Positions 35,102 to 45,288 of a stretch of 64,000 nt of DNA are shown piece by piece. The position numbers and the translations under genes are program-made. Below the pieces are notes generated by a model. That model did no database searches. It was not told the origin of the DNA and saw nothing but the letters and a program-made list of their open reading frames with translations. The stretch's first letter is position 1. Every line of letters begins with the position of its first letter. The DNA comes from Acidobacteriota bacterium (GTDB taxonomy: Bacteria > Acidobacteriota > Thermoanaerobaculia > Gp7-AA8): positions 1,701 to 65,700 of the forward strand of contig JACPDH010000050.1 of NCBI GenBank assembly GCA_016184115.1. The letters are read 5' to 3'.

Positions 35102-35629
35102 CTACACAAGTGAGCGGCTGTTCGACATACGGTCGGCGAGAGACCTTCCGCCCGGCAAGATGCCGGCGACGAAGCCAAGCCCGCACGTCGCGACTGACAC
35201 GAGCATCCACACCCACCGAAGCGTCGCATTCCGGAAGTCGATCGGCGATCCGTCGACGAGCGTAACTCGCGTGTCGAAGATCGAGCCGCCGACGGTGCGG
35301 CCCCAGATCGCCCAGCTCACCACGAAGTAGTGGAACGAGAGCAAGGTGATGAAACCAACGAACGCCAGGAGCGCAGGCCACTCGGCGCGAACCGTTTCCG
35401 TCACGTCGACGCGCAGGTTGAGCAGCGGACTCATCGCGAGCGCTAGCGCGAGGAAGAGCGACGCGTCGGTAGCGAAGGCAAGGGAACGCCGCCATCGCGG
35501 CGCCGGCGCGAGCTCGTGTGCCGTAGCGGCTTTCGGGGCAGGCTCCTCTCGGGTCGCGTTGGCTCGAGCTGTCGCTGGCTCTTCAGCGGGATCCTTGAAG
35601 AGCTCCATCTCGTCGAATCGCACCGTCAT
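35102..35629 (-). CDS. RDD-family membrane protein
   Basis: RRSLAFATDASLF...WGRTVGGSIFDTRV pattern with three TM helices. Confidence 0.6.
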   Translation of the reverse strand: MTVRFDEMELFKDPAEEPATARANATREEPAPKAATAHELAPAPRWRRSLAFATDASLFLALALAMSPLLNLRVDVTETVRAEWPALLAFVGFITLLSFHYFVVSWAIWGRTVGGSIFDTRVTLVDGSPIDFRNATLRWVWMLVSVATCGLGFVAGILPGGRSLADRMSNSRSLV

Positions 35630-35664
35630 CCCTTCCTCCCGTCACCCCGTGCGGTCGTCTCGCC

Positions 35665-37785
35665 TTACCGGATCGGCAGGTACCTCACGTAAATCCTGTA
35701 GAGCAGATCCTTCGGTTCGCCGTCGTAGCGCTCTGCCAGATCTTTCGACCTCTGCGCCAGGTCGTCCTGCGGGTTGAACTCGAGCGCGCGACTGAACTCC
35801 TCGCCCGCCTGTTTGAGCTGTTCGGTCTCGAGCAACGAGCGTCCGAGATTGAAGTGCGCATTTCCGAGAAGGAGGCGCACGCTTACGTTCTCCGGATCCT
35901 CGGCGAGAAGCTGCTCGAGGGCGGCGATTGCTTCGACGTACTTCCCTTCCTTGAAGAGCAACTGTGCGGCGTCGAGCTTCGCAGCCTGTTGCGTGGCAAC
36001 CTGGTAGTTCGTCTGGTCTTCGGGAGGCAGCGCCTTGATCGCCGAGGCTGACTCGTATTGTGTCTTCGCTTCGAGGAAGTTCTTGATGCCGAATGCTTCG
36101 CGCGCCTTCGCGAGCCGGTTGTCGTAATCGGCCTGCGCTGCCTTGTCCCTGGCGCGTGCCTTTTGACCCTGGTACTCGTCGATCATCTCGAGCGCGCGGT
36201 TGTGCAGTGGATCCGCGGGATTGATTCCCTTCAGCACATCGATCGCACGGTCAAACTCGCCGTGCGTCGCATAGGTGCTCGCGCGGTCGAAGTCCGACTG
36301 CGTCGCAGCAGGGTCGAACTTCGGCCCTTTAGGCGTGAACATGAACCAGCCGGCCACCGCGAGGATTGCGACGAGTGCCACGGCCCCGCCAATGATCGCA
36401 ATCTTCGGAATGCCCTTCTTTGCGTGACGCGTCGGCGGCGTCGCCTTGGGCCGCGAGACCGAAGCGGCCGCGGCGGTGCTGTCGGGTGGGGCGAAGGTAT
36501 CTTCGCTTGATTCGTAGCCGTCATCGTAGATGTCATCGAGCGGCGGTGCGGCCGCGGGGGCCGGACGCGCCGGTTCGCTCACGGCAGGACCGGCCTGCAT
36601 CTCGTTGAGCTTCTCGATGTACTCGTTTGCGTTGAAATGCGTCGGGTCGAGCCTCAGGACGTCTTCGAATTTCTCGCGTGCCGTGGCCGAGTCGCGCTTT
36701 TCGAACGCGAGCGTGCCCGCAACCATCAGGTCGTCGATCTGCTGGTCGACCTCGAGCCGCTTCTTCCGCGCGAGCTCGATCCGCTGCGATGCTTCGTCGT
36801 TCGTGACGTCGATGAGGAAGATGCGCGACCAGAGATCGATCGCCTTCTGAAACTCCTGCCTGCCGTACGCAGCGTCGCCCTCGGAGAGGTACTGCTTGAT
36901 CTTTGACGCATCGTCAGGGGAGAGATCGACTGCCGCGGTCGTGAAGTCGAACTCCGTCATTCCGCCTCCACCGAATGGTGAGTCGGATGCGGCGGGAGGA
37001 GGCTCGAAGGCGGCGGGAGGGGCGATGGGAGCTTCCGGAGGCGCCGGTTTCTGCTCCTCTTCAAACGTAAAGCCGAAGTCCGATGCCTGCGCCGTGCTCG
37101 ACGCGGAGGCACCGGACGCGGGGACCGACGGAGCGGGGGAATCGACGACGAATGCGGACGAAAAGTCGAAGCCCGATGGAGCTTCCGCCGGCGGTTGTGC
37201 CTCGAATGACGGCGCAATGCCGCCGCCCGATCGTGCGGCCTCGAGCGATGCGATGGTCGCGGCCACGGCAGGGTGATCGTCATCGAGCGACGACGCCTTG
37301 TCGAGCGCGGCCTTCGCAGAGTCGAGGCGACCGGCGGCGATCTCGTTCCGTGCCTGGTCGACGAACTGCATCACGAACGGTTCCGCCTCGAGTTTCTCTG
37401 TCGCCGCGGCACCAAGCTCGCGCGCTGCCGCATTCGACGGATCGGCGGCGAGGATGCTTCCGCAGAGCTCCATCACGCGGCGGAAGTCGCGCGCGGCGAA
37501 TGCACTCCTTGCGTCTCCGACCGCACCTGTCTCGGCAGTACCGAGGCTCGTGAGGAGCTCGTCGACGTCAACGAGCGAAAACGGATTGTCGAGTTTGTCG
37601 ATCAGCCCCTTGGCTGGATCGAAGAGCGGATCCATCTTCAGCATCAGGTCGCAGCCCGCGCGCACCTCGTCATTCCGTCCCTGTCTGTACAGGTCGACGG
37701 TATGGCGAAAGGTCTGCGCAACGCGCTCCCTGACTTCAGATGGCAGCGAAGCATTGCCTGGGTATGTCACGTGTCCACCTTGCAA
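35665..37785 (-). CDS. large TPR-repeat protein with one TM segment
   Basis: Multiple TPR-like helical pairs, Pro/Ala-rich linkers, and a TM helix IAIIGGAVALVAILAVAGWFMF. Confidence 0.7.
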   Translation of the reverse strand: MQGGHVTYPGNASLPSEVRERVAQTFRHTVDLYRQGRNDEVRAGCDLMLKMDPLFDPAKGLIDKLDNPFSLVDVDELLTSLGTAETGAVGDARSAFAARDFRRVMELCGSILAADPSNAAARELGAAATEKLEAEPFVMQFVDQARNEIAAGRLDSAKAALDKASSLDDDHPAVAATIASLEAARSGGGIAPSFEAQPPAEAPSGFDFSSAFVVDSPAPSVPASGASASSTAQASDFGFTFEEEQKPAPPEAPIAPPAAFEPPPAASDSPFGGGGMTEFDFTTAAVDLSPDDASKIKQYLSEGDAAYGRQEFQKAIDLWSRIFLIDVTNDEASQRIELARKKRLEVDQQIDDLMVAGTLAFEKRDSATAREKFEDVLRLDPTHFNANEYIEKLNEMQAGPAVSEPARPAPAAAPPLDDIYDDGYESSEDTFAPPDSTAAAASVSRPKATPPTRHAKKGIPKIAIIGGAVALVAILAVAGWFMFTPKGPKFDPAATQSDFDRASTYATHGEFDRAIDVLKGINPADPLHNRALEMIDEYQGQKARARDKAAQADYDNRLAKAREAFGIKNFLEAKTQYESASAIKALPPEDQTNYQVATQQAAKLDAAQLLFKEGKYVEAIAALEQLLAEDPENVSVRLLLGNAHFNLGRSLLETEQLKQAGEEFSRALEFNPQDDLAQRSKDLAERYDGEPKDLLYRIYVRYLPIR

Positions 37786-37883
37786 CGGCGTTCAGAGATC
37801 CGATCAAGTATATCAGGGCCGCCGTGGAGGACCGGGCGATATACTCTCGCGTCGGATCCCGCCAGCGGGACAGCGGAGGAATC

Positions 37884-38261
37884 ATGAATTTTTACAGCAG
37901 TGACAAGGCACCCAAGGCGATCGGGCCCTACTCCCAGGCCGTCAGCGTTGGCAACACATACTACCTCTCGGGTCAGACGCCGATCGACCCTGCGACTGGC
38001 AAACTCGTCGAAGGCGGCTTCGAAGCCTCCACGCGTCAGGTTTTCAGAAACCTCGGCGCCGTGCTCACCGAGGCCGGGCTCTCGTATAGCAACGTCGTCA
38101 AGGTGTCGGTCTTCCTGATCGACTTTGCCGACTTCGCTGCGATGAATGCCATCTACGCCGAGTACTTCGGCGATCACAAGCCCGCGCGCAGCACCGTACA
38201 GGTCGCGAAGCTACCGCTCGGCGCACCAATCGAGATTGATTTCATTGCGGTCAAGGAATAG
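37884..38261 (+). CDS. ridA: RidA/YjgF-family reactive intermediate deaminase
   Basis: APKAIGPYSQAV...SGQ...ARSTVQVAKLPLGAPIEID. Confidence 0.85.
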   Translation: MNFYSSDKAPKAIGPYSQAVSVGNTYYLSGQTPIDPATGKLVEGGFEASTRQVFRNLGAVLTEAGLSYSNVVKVSVFLIDFADFAAMNAIYAEYFGDHKPARSTVQVAKLPLGAPIEIDFIAVKE

Positions 38262-38302
38262 GCGAGAGGCGGTGGACGAACGGTGCTGAGCGAGCGAACA
38301 CA

Positions 38303-39475
38303 CTACTCCCCGTCACTCTGACGCATTGCGGCCGCGATCTGCGCCGCGATCCGCGGTGCAGATCGGCGAATGTGGCGAAGCGCCGGTGCTGTGCCGCATA
38401 GCCACAGGTTGGGTTTGTCCGGAACTGCGCCGTCGCGCAGAGGCGAAGAAGACTCGCCTGCGATTCTGAACCGGCTCTCTTCCAGCCCGATCGACGGGAG
38501 AATGGCATCGAACGACTCACGCGTTCCATCGATGAACTCGACTGCCTCGGGTGTGATGCGAGCAATCTCCGCGCGTACGCTCAATGAACCTTCGCGGAGC
38601 AGTCGGGTCCAGGCCCCTCCGACGACCGGCGGATGGCCATTCTTCTGGTCGGCCAGGATCTCCTCGGACGAAGCGAGCTCCAGCCCATAGGCGCGAAGGT
38701 CGCCGAACCCTCGTTCCTGGACTGTCGCCCAGACGATTGCCGAGAGGCGCGCGACACGAGCCGCGACTCCTTCACCGACGCGCCGTGCCGCCGCAACGGA
38801 GAGCTCCGGCAGCCACTGTGCCCATCGGAATACATTGACGCCGACGATCTCGAGCGGCACGGCGTGAACGGGGCCGCGCACCGAGACCGTGACGCGTGCG
38901 CCGCGCCGCGCAAGCTCTGCAATCATGTCCGCGCCGGTGTTGCCTAACCCGACGACGAGAGCCTTGCGGCCATTCAGATCGTTTTCCGCCCCGAGATCGC
39001 CCGGTGAGAGCCAGACTCCCTGAAATTGCTCGCGGCCCGGCCATTCCGGCACACGGGGACCGGAAAAGAAGCCTGTAGCCACGACAACGTGCTGTGCGAA
39101 GTAATCGCCTTGCGACGTCTCGACGCACCAGCGCTCCCCATCGCGTCGCAGTGCCATAACGTCATGGTCCGGAGCCACGTCGAGCGCGAGCTCGCGCGCG
39201 TAGTTCGCGCAATAGCGCAGCAGTTCTTCGCGATCTGGATACGATGTTGCCGATTGGAGAGTGAGGCCGGGGAGCTGCGAGATTGCTCGCGACGTGTGGA
39301 GGCGGAGTGTCGGATAGTGCCCGACCCACGACCAGGCTGGGCTGCCGCCCCGTTCGAAGATCCGCGGCCGAAGTCCGTGCCGCGCGAGCGACGCCGCGAC
39401 GGCGAGGCCTGCCGGCCCCGCACCTACGATGACGATGTCGATGGCCTTCTCCAACGGGTTGCCTTTCGCGCGCAT
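38303..39475 (-). CDS. flavin-dependent monooxygenase / NAD(P)-FAD oxidoreductase
   Basis: Two dinucleotide-binding motifs, IVGAGPAGLA and VVGLGNTGAD. The start ATG at 39475 overlaps the rsmA stop (TGATG); the longer track ORF was rejected. Confidence 0.7.
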   Translation of the reverse strand: MRAKGNPLEKAIDIVIVGAGPAGLAVAASLARHGLRPRIFERGGSPAWSWVGHYPTLRLHTSRAISQLPGLTLQSATSYPDREELLRYCANYARELALDVAPDHDVMALRRDGERWCVETSQGDYFAQHVVVATGFFSGPRVPEWPGREQFQGVWLSPGDLGAENDLNGRKALVVGLGNTGADMIAELARRGARVTVSVRGPVHAVPLEIVGVNVFRWAQWLPELSVAAARRVGEGVAARVARLSAIVWATVQERGFGDLRAYGLELASSEEILADQKNGHPPVVGGAWTRLLREGSLSVRAEIARITPEAVEFIDGTRESFDAILPSIGLEESRFRIAGESSSPLRDGAVPDKPNLWLCGTAPALRHIRRSAPRIAAQIAAAMRQSDGE

Positions 39476-40245
39476 CAACCGCGTGAGCGAATCACGGTCG
39501 CGAGCGCGTCGAACTGCTCGAGCGACAACGCCTCGGCACGGACACGCGGATCGAAGGATGCGGCCTCGATACTCTCCTCCGCGCCCCGCTTGTCGAGATC
39601 GCGAAAGCCCGCAAGATTGTTCGCGAGCGTCTTCCGGCGCATGCGGAACGACCATGAGACGAGGGCGACCAAATCCTCCTTCGCGCTCTGCAGCGGCCGA
39701 TCGACCGGGTCGAGCAGCACCACCGCACTCCACACTTTCGGCTTCGGAAAGAAGGAGTTAGGCGGGAGAGTGAAGAGCTGCCGCGCGTCGGCGTAGATTC
39801 GGACGAAGAGGCTCAGGTAGCCATACTCCTCTTCCGATGGCCGCGCCACGATCTTGTCGACCACTTCCTTCTGCAGCATGAAGACGGCGCGTCTGCAGTT
39901 CGGGTTCGTGATCACGCGCCTCACGATCGGAGTCGCGACGTTGTAGGGGAGGTTTCCCGCGGCACGGAACGGTTCCTCGGGCAGCGGTGCGTCGGTGGCG
40001 TCACCTTCGACGAGGTCGAGCTTGTCACCGAACGTTTTCCGGAGTCTCGCGGCGAGCTCCGGATCGATCTCGATCGCGCGGACCGGCCGGCCGAGGGTGA
40101 CCAGCTCCCGGGTCAGCGCGCCGTCTCCTGGCCCGATTTCGAGCACGATGTCGTCCCCGGCGGGCTGGAGCGCCGCGACGATGTCGCGTGCCGCCCTCGG
40201 GTTGCGAAGGAAGTTCTGTCCCCACATCTTTTTTGGATTCAGCAA
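39475..40245 (-). CDS. rsmA: 16S rRNA (adenine1518/1519-N6)-dimethyltransferase
   Basis: GQNFL, VLEIGPGDGALT, GNLPYNV. Confidence 0.9.
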   Translation of the reverse strand: MLNPKKMWGQNFLRNPRAARDIVAALQPAGDDIVLEIGPGDGALTRELVTLGRPVRAIEIDPELAARLRKTFGDKLDLVEGDATDAPLPEEPFRAAGNLPYNVATPIVRRVITNPNCRRAVFMLQKEVVDKIVARPSEEEYGYLSLFVRIYADARQLFTLPPNSFFPKPKVWSAVVLLDPVDRPLQSAKEDLVALVSWSFRMRRKTLANNLAGFRDLDKRGAEESIEAASFDPRVRAEALSLEQFDALATVIRSRG

Positions 40246-40256
40246 CAGTGACTCCG

Positions 40257-40286
40257 TTGTTCACCTTGAGAACTGGGCGCTAAAAT
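40257..40286 (+). promoter_or_regulatory. candidate sigma70-type promoter for the trxA-moxR-bat operon
   Basis: TTGTTC, 18 nt, TAAAAT, located 55 nt upstream of the trxA ATG. Confidence 0.3.
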
Positions 40287-40340
40287 CGCCCGGGTCGCGG
40301 CCTCGCTGGCCGAGTCGACACGAGAGAGGATACCGAACGG

Positions 40341-40652
40341 ATGCGAGAACTGAACGAAAACGAATTCGACGGCGCGATCGCGCAGGGTTACACGCTGATC
40401 GACTTCAGTGCGGAATGGTGCGGGCCCTGCAAGGCGCTCCTCCCGACGATCCAGAAACTGGCCGGTGAGTACTCCGGCAAGATCAGCGTCTACTCGGTCG
40501 ACATCGACAAAACGCAGTCGATCGCCCTCAAGAGCGGAGTGATGAGCGTTCCGACGCTCATCCTCTACAAAGACGGCAGAGCAGTCGAGCGGGTCGTCGG
40601 CATGGTCTCGGAGAGCGCACTCCGGAAGAAGATCGACGCGGCGCTGTCGTGA
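40341..40652 (+). CDS. trxA: thioredoxin
   Basis: WCGPCK active site, 103 aa. Confidence 0.9.
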   Translation: MRELNENEFDGAIAQGYTLIDFSAEWCGPCKALLPTIQKLAGEYSGKISVYSVDIDKTQSIALKSGVMSVPTLILYKDGRAVERVVGMVSESALRKKIDAALS

Positions 40653-41650
40653 GCGGAGAGAGGACAGAGGTACTCGGCGCCGGGGAGATCGCGCAGGGAC
40701 ACGAGTCGATTGCGCGACTTCGCGCCGAAGTTGCACGCGCGGTCGTCGGCCAGCAGACGCTCGTCGACCGGCTCGTCGTCGCGCTGCTCGTGCGCGGCCA
40801 CGTGCTGCTCGAGGGGGTTCCGGGACTCGCGAAGACGCTCGTCGCGCGGACGATGGCGCGCGCGATCGAAGCATCGTTCAAGCGCGTTCAGTTCACTCCT
40901 GACCTGCTTCCCGCCGACATCACGGGAACGCTGATCTTCGACCCTGCCGGAGGGAAGTTCAATGCCAGGCCCGGCCCGGTCTTCACGAACTTCCTCCTTG
41001 CCGACGAGATCAATCGCGCGCCCGCCAAGGTGCAGAGCGCGCTACTCGAGGCGATGCAGGAACGTCAGGTGACGATCGGCGACCGCTCGTATGCGTTGCC
41101 CGACCCGTTCGTCGTCGTCGCGACGCAGAATCCGATCGAGCACGAGGGAACCTACGCTCTCCCCGAGGCGCAGGTCGACCGCTTCCTGATGAAGCTCGTC
41201 GTCGGTTATCCGACGAAGGACGAAGAGCTGAAGATGCTCGGCATTTACCTCGATCCCTCGAAGGGGGAGGTTCCCGTGTCGCGTGTGGTGCCGCGGGAGG
41301 CGATGCAACAGCTCACGTCGATGGTCGCTCGCGTGCACGTCGATGAGCGGCTCGCGCGCTACATCGTCGACCTCGTCGCGGCGACTCGTAAGCCTGCCGA
41401 GCACAAGCTTCCTCACCTCGCGCCGCTCGTCGAATTCGGGGCGAGCCCGCGTGCGACGATCGCTCTGGCGCATGTCGCGAAGGGGCACGCGTTCCTCCGC
41501 GGGCGTGAGTACGTCGTTCCCGAGGACGTGAAGGAGATCGCTGCCGACGTGATGCGTCATCGGATCATCCTGACGTACGAGGCGGCGGCGGAACGGGTGA
41601 CGCCTGACGACATCCTCCGCCAGGTGCTCGCGTCGGTGCCTGTGCCGTGA
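40649..41650 (+). CDS. MoxR-family AAA+ ATPase
   Basis: LLEGVPGLAKT, LLADEINRA, QNPIE..GTY.LPEAQ.DRF. GTGA overlap with the trxA stop. Confidence 0.9.
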   Translation: MSGERTEVLGAGEIAQGHESIARLRAEVARAVVGQQTLVDRLVVALLVRGHVLLEGVPGLAKTLVARTMARAIEASFKRVQFTPDLLPADITGTLIFDPAGGKFNARPGPVFTNFLLADEINRAPAKVQSALLEAMQERQVTIGDRSYALPDPFVVVATQNPIEHEGTYALPEAQVDRFLMKLVVGYPTKDEELKMLGIYLDPSKGEVPVSRVVPREAMQQLTSMVARVHVDERLARYIVDLVAATRKPAEHKLPHLAPLVEFGASPRATIALAHVAKGHAFLRGREYVVPEDVKEIAADVMRHRIILTYEAAAERVTPDDILRQVLASVPVP

Positions 41651-42555
41651 GGCTGAACCTCTTCAGATCGACACCACCGGTCGAGTGGAAGGTGCCGGTC
41701 GCGCGACGGATGCGCGAGCTGGAGATCGTGACGGCGCGCCTCGTGCGTGCCGGCTTTGCGGGGCAGTACCACAGTGCGATCCACGGACGGGGCGTCGAGT
41801 TCTCACAGGTGCGTGAGTACCAGCCAGGCGACGACATTCGAACGATCGATTGGAACGTCACCGCGCGTAGCGGAGTACCGCACGTGAAGGAGTTCGTCGA
41901 GGAGCGCGACCTCTCAATATTGCTCGCCCTCGACGTCTCGGGCTCGATGACGTTCGGATCGGTCGACCGGCGCAAGATCGACCTCGCGGTCGAGATCGCG
42001 TCCGTACTTGCCTTCAGCGCACTCGAGAACGGCGATCGCGTCGGGCTCGCGCTCGTCGGCGACGGAGTGTCGCGGATGATTCCACCGCGTCGCGGCCGCG
42101 TTCACGCGCAGGCCGTGATCCGCACCGCGCTCGGTGCGTCGCGCGCCGCATCGGGACGAAGCGACCTCGAGAAAGCGGCCGGCTTCATGTCTCGCGCCTT
42201 GCGCAGGCGGACCGTCGTCGTGATCCTCTCCGATTTTCTCGGTAGCGAGGGTTACTCGCGTGCGCTTCGCCGTCTCGCGACGCGACACGATGTCATCGCG
42301 GTCCGCATCGCCGACCCGCGCGAGATGCACTTCCCGCGCAGTGGGATCGTCACCCTCGTCGACGCGGAGTCGGGCGAGGCACGGACGATCGACCTCCGCA
42401 CGGGAGAGCCGGCACGCGCGGCGGCCGCCATGCTCCGAGATTCCGATGAAGCGATCGCGGCGAGCGGCGTCGATGTCGTCGACGTTTCGACCGCGGTTCC
42501 CTATGAGCGCGCCCTCGTTCGCTTCTTCGAGCGGCGGAGTGGGAGGAAGCGGTGA
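41647..42555 (+). CDS. DUF58 (vWA-like) protein, MoxR partner
   Basis: REYQPGDDIRTIDW motif and a vWA-like LDVSGSM. 4-nt overlap with moxR. Confidence 0.8.
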   Translation: MRLNLFRSTPPVEWKVPVARRMRELEIVTARLVRAGFAGQYHSAIHGRGVEFSQVREYQPGDDIRTIDWNVTARSGVPHVKEFVEERDLSILLALDVSGSMTFGSVDRRKIDLAVEIASVLAFSALENGDRVGLALVGDGVSRMIPPRRGRVHAQAVIRTALGASRAASGRSDLEKAAGFMSRALRRRTVVVILSDFLGSEGYSRALRRLATRHDVIAVRIADPREMHFPRSGIVTLVDAESGEARTIDLRTGEPARAAAAMLRDSDEAIAASGVDVVDVSTAVPYERALVRFFERRSGRKR

Positions 42556-43334
42556 TCGCTGTATTGCTTTTCACCCTCGTGGCAGCGCCATTCAATGTCT
42601 CGCCGGCGACGCCGACGATCGGCGATTCGATCACGATCGCGGCTCGAGGCACACCGTTCGAGCTGCGGCCCTCGCCAGAGTTCGAGGTCGTGTCGGCCGT
42701 ACCGGATGAGATCGTGATCCGAACGTTTCGACCAGGGCCGCTCCGCGTCGAATGGTCGACGCATCGTCCGGGCGAACTTCCGGAGTCGGGGACGCTCGAG
42801 ATCGAGGTCGCATCGGTCCTCGCGCGCGATGACAAGCTCGAGCCGGCGCCGCTCCGGCCTCCGAAGCCGCTTCCGAGAGAAGGCACCGCGTGGATCGCGA
42901 CTGGAATCACGGCGGGCATCGCGGTACTCCTCTGGGGGCTGCTTGCGCTGCTGCTACGACGGCAGGCGAATCCTGCCCTCCCCGCGCTTCCGGCGATCGA
43001 GGATCCATCCGCGGCGTTCCGGGCGGCACTCGTGAGGCTGAGGACGTTTCAGGATGACGAGTCGAAGTGGGTGATGCTCTCGGCGGCGACGCGTCGCTAT
43101 CTCGCGGCGACCGATTCTGCGCTCGGCGCGGAGCTGACGAGCTTCGAGCTTCTCGTGGCGATGCGGCGCGCGGCGCGTCGCGAGCCCGACGTCGCGACGG
43201 TGGAGGCAATCCTTCGCGGGGGCGATTGGACGAAGTTTTCGCCGTTCGGTGCGCCGCGGCTCTCGATCGACGATCTGGTTGACGCCGCGGGCGAGTTGAT
43301 TCCGCGCGTAGCCGAAGGCGAGGCCGCGGCATGA
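42552..43334 (+). CDS. hypothetical membrane protein of the Bat operon
   Basis: Position between DUF58 and batA, one TM helix (WIATGITAGIAVLLWGLLALLL), overlapping starts and stops. Confidence 0.5.
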   Translation: MIAVLLFTLVAAPFNVSPATPTIGDSITIAARGTPFELRPSPEFEVVSAVPDEIVIRTFRPGPLRVEWSTHRPGELPESGTLEIEVASVLARDDKLEPAPLRPPKPLPREGTAWIATGITAGIAVLLWGLLALLLRRQANPALPALPAIEDPSAAFRAALVRLRTFQDDESKWVMLSAATRRYLAATDSALGAELTSFELLVAMRRAARREPDVATVEAILRGGDWTKFSPFGAPRLSIDDLVDAAGELIPRVAEGEAAA

Positions 43335-44335
43335 ACCGGCTCGCTGCGCCCGAATGGCTCTTCGCGCTCGTGCCTGTCGCGCTCTGGTGCGTCGTTGCGT
43401 TTCACGCACGGCGGCGGGGAATCGCGGCCTTCCGGATCTCGTCGTTAGGCCTCGCGGGTGAGCGACGCGGGATCCTCGTGCGCTTCGCCTGGTTGCCCTC
43501 ACTGCTCGGAGTCGTGGGACTGGCACTGATCGCGTTCGCGCTCGCGCGGCCCCAGCGCATCTTCACGTTCTCGACCGAACGTCGTGGAATCGACATCGTC
43601 GTCGCGCTCGACGCGTCGGGAAGCATGGGAGCCGAGGACTTCCGTCCGCGCAACCGATTCAGCGTCGCGAAGCAGCTGATCGCCCGGTTCGTCGAGAAAC
43701 GTGTCGACGACCGGATCGGAATCGTCACGTTCGGAGCGCGCGCTGCGACGCGCGTTCCCGTTTCGTTCGATCACCGAATCGTCATCGCCGCGCTCGAGCG
43801 ATGCGACCTGGGTGACCACGGCGACGGGACGGCGATCGGCCACGCGCTCGCGACCGCCGTGAACCGTCTTCGCACGTCGCGCGCAAAGAGCCGCGTCATC
43901 ATCCTTCTCACGGATGGGATCAACAACGCCGGCTCGGTCGACCCGGCGACTGCCGCCGAGCTCGCGAAGACGCTCGGAATTCGTATCTACGCGATCGGAG
44001 TCGGAAGCCGCGGAATCGTGCAGATGCCGGTGCGCGTGCAGAACCGTCTTACCGGTGACGTCGAGACGATCTACCGTCCGATGCGTGCCGACATCGATGA
44101 AGCGATGCTCACGTCGATCGCCGGCTCGACTGGCGGCGCCTACTTCCGCGCAACCGACGAACAGGCGCTCGAGTCGATCTTCGCGCGCATCGACGAAATG
44201 GAACGGACGAGCCTCGAGGCGCCGAAGACGACGAGTATCGACGAGCTTTACCAGGCGCCGCTCGCTGCGGGGCTCGCGCTGATCGCCATCGCGCTTCTGG
44301 CCGGAGAGACGATATGGATGCGTTTGGCGGCTTGA
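43331..44335 (+). CDS. batA: vWA-domain membrane protein BatA
   Basis: N- and C-terminal TM helices with a vWA MIDAS motif (ALDASGSM...LLTDGINN). Confidence 0.8.
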   Translation: MNRLAAPEWLFALVPVALWCVVAFHARRRGIAAFRISSLGLAGERRGILVRFAWLPSLLGVVGLALIAFALARPQRIFTFSTERRGIDIVVALDASGSMGAEDFRPRNRFSVAKQLIARFVEKRVDDRIGIVTFGARAATRVPVSFDHRIVIAALERCDLGDHGDGTAIGHALATAVNRLRTSRAKSRVIILLTDGINNAGSVDPATAAELAKTLGIRIYAIGVGSRGIVQMPVRVQNRLTGDVETIYRPMRADIDEAMLTSIAGSTGGAYFRATDEQALESIFARIDEMERTSLEAPKTTSIDELYQAPLAAGLALIAIALLAGETIWMRLAA

Positions 44336-45288
44336 GCTTCGCCGAGCCGCAACGGCTCTGGCTACTCGTCGCGGCTCCGGCCGTGGCGATGCTTCTCGTC
44401 GCTGCGGAACGGCGCCGTGCGGCCGCAGCGGAGCTATTCGTCTCCACGCGCGTGCGGGGCAGCTCGAATGGTTTGCGTCCCCTCCGTCCCTGGCTGCTCG
44501 TCGTCGCGCTCACGTTAGGCGTAGCTGCATCGGCGGGCCCGAGATTCGGCGACGAGCTGCGCGAGCTGCCCGCGATCGAGTCGAACCTCGTCGTCGCCCT
44601 CGACCTTTCCCAGAGCATGGATGCGCGCGATGCGGGCACGTCTCGCCTCTCTGCCGCCAAGGCGATCGCGCGAGGGTTGACCGAGTCTTCCGACGCGCGC
44701 GTCGGCTTGATCGTCTTCGAGTCGACGGCCGAGACGGTCTCGCCGCTCACCGAGGATCATGCGGCGGTGGCGACGCTCATCGACTCGCTCGAGACGGGAG
44801 AGCTCGCCGAATCGGGGAGCGATTTCGCGAAGGCGATCGACGAGTCGATCGAGCTCGCCAAGAGCGTGGGCGACCGTGCGGTCGATGTCGTGATCATCAG
44901 CGACGGTGAGCATCGGGGCGGCCGATGGGAGGAGTCGCTCGGGGTCGCGCGGGCGCGCGGCCTTCGAATCTCGGCGGTCGTCGTCGGGACCTCGCAGGGG
45001 GCGGCGATCCCCGCAGAGGATGGCGCCAGCCTCGAGGACGCATCGGGCAACGTCGTGAAGACGCGCGCGAGCGAGGAACCTCTCCGGACGATCGCGAAGG
45101 AGTGCGGCGGGCGTTTCTGGGCGAATCCTTCGGAGCCGGTCACCGCGCAATTGGTCGTCGCCGCGGAGGCCGCGAACGCGGGCAAGGGACGAGTCGAGCG
45201 GATTCCGATCGAGCGCTATCAGTGGCCGTTAGGCGCGGCCTTCGTCCTCTTCCTCGCCGGGATGGTCGTGAACAGGGGGGCGGAATGA
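44314..45288 (+). CDS. batB: vWA-domain membrane protein BatB
   Basis: ALDLSQSM vWA motif and terminal TM helices. Confidence 0.75.
   Translation: MDAFGGLSFAEPQRLWLLVAAPAVAMLLVAAERRRAAAAELFVSTRVRGSSNGLRPLRPWLLVVALTLGVAASAGPRFGDELRELPAIESNLVVALDLSQSMDARDAGTSRLSAAKAIARGLTESSDARVGLIVFESTAETVSPLTEDHAAVATLIDSLETGELAESGSDFAKAIDESIELAKSVGDRAVDVVIISDGEHRGGRWEESLGVARARGLRISAVVVGTSQGAAIPAEDGASLEDASGNVVKTRASEEPLRTIAKECGGRFWANPSEPVTAQLVVAAEAANAGKGRVERIPIERYQWPLGAAFVLFLAGMVVNRGAE

Noticed and set aside
38303-39733. Extended 476-aa version of the flavoprotein ORF overlapping rsmA
   Set aside because: The extension overlaps the rsmA coding region in another frame. The Rossmann motif sits right after the Met at 39475, which is stop/start-coupled to rsmA.
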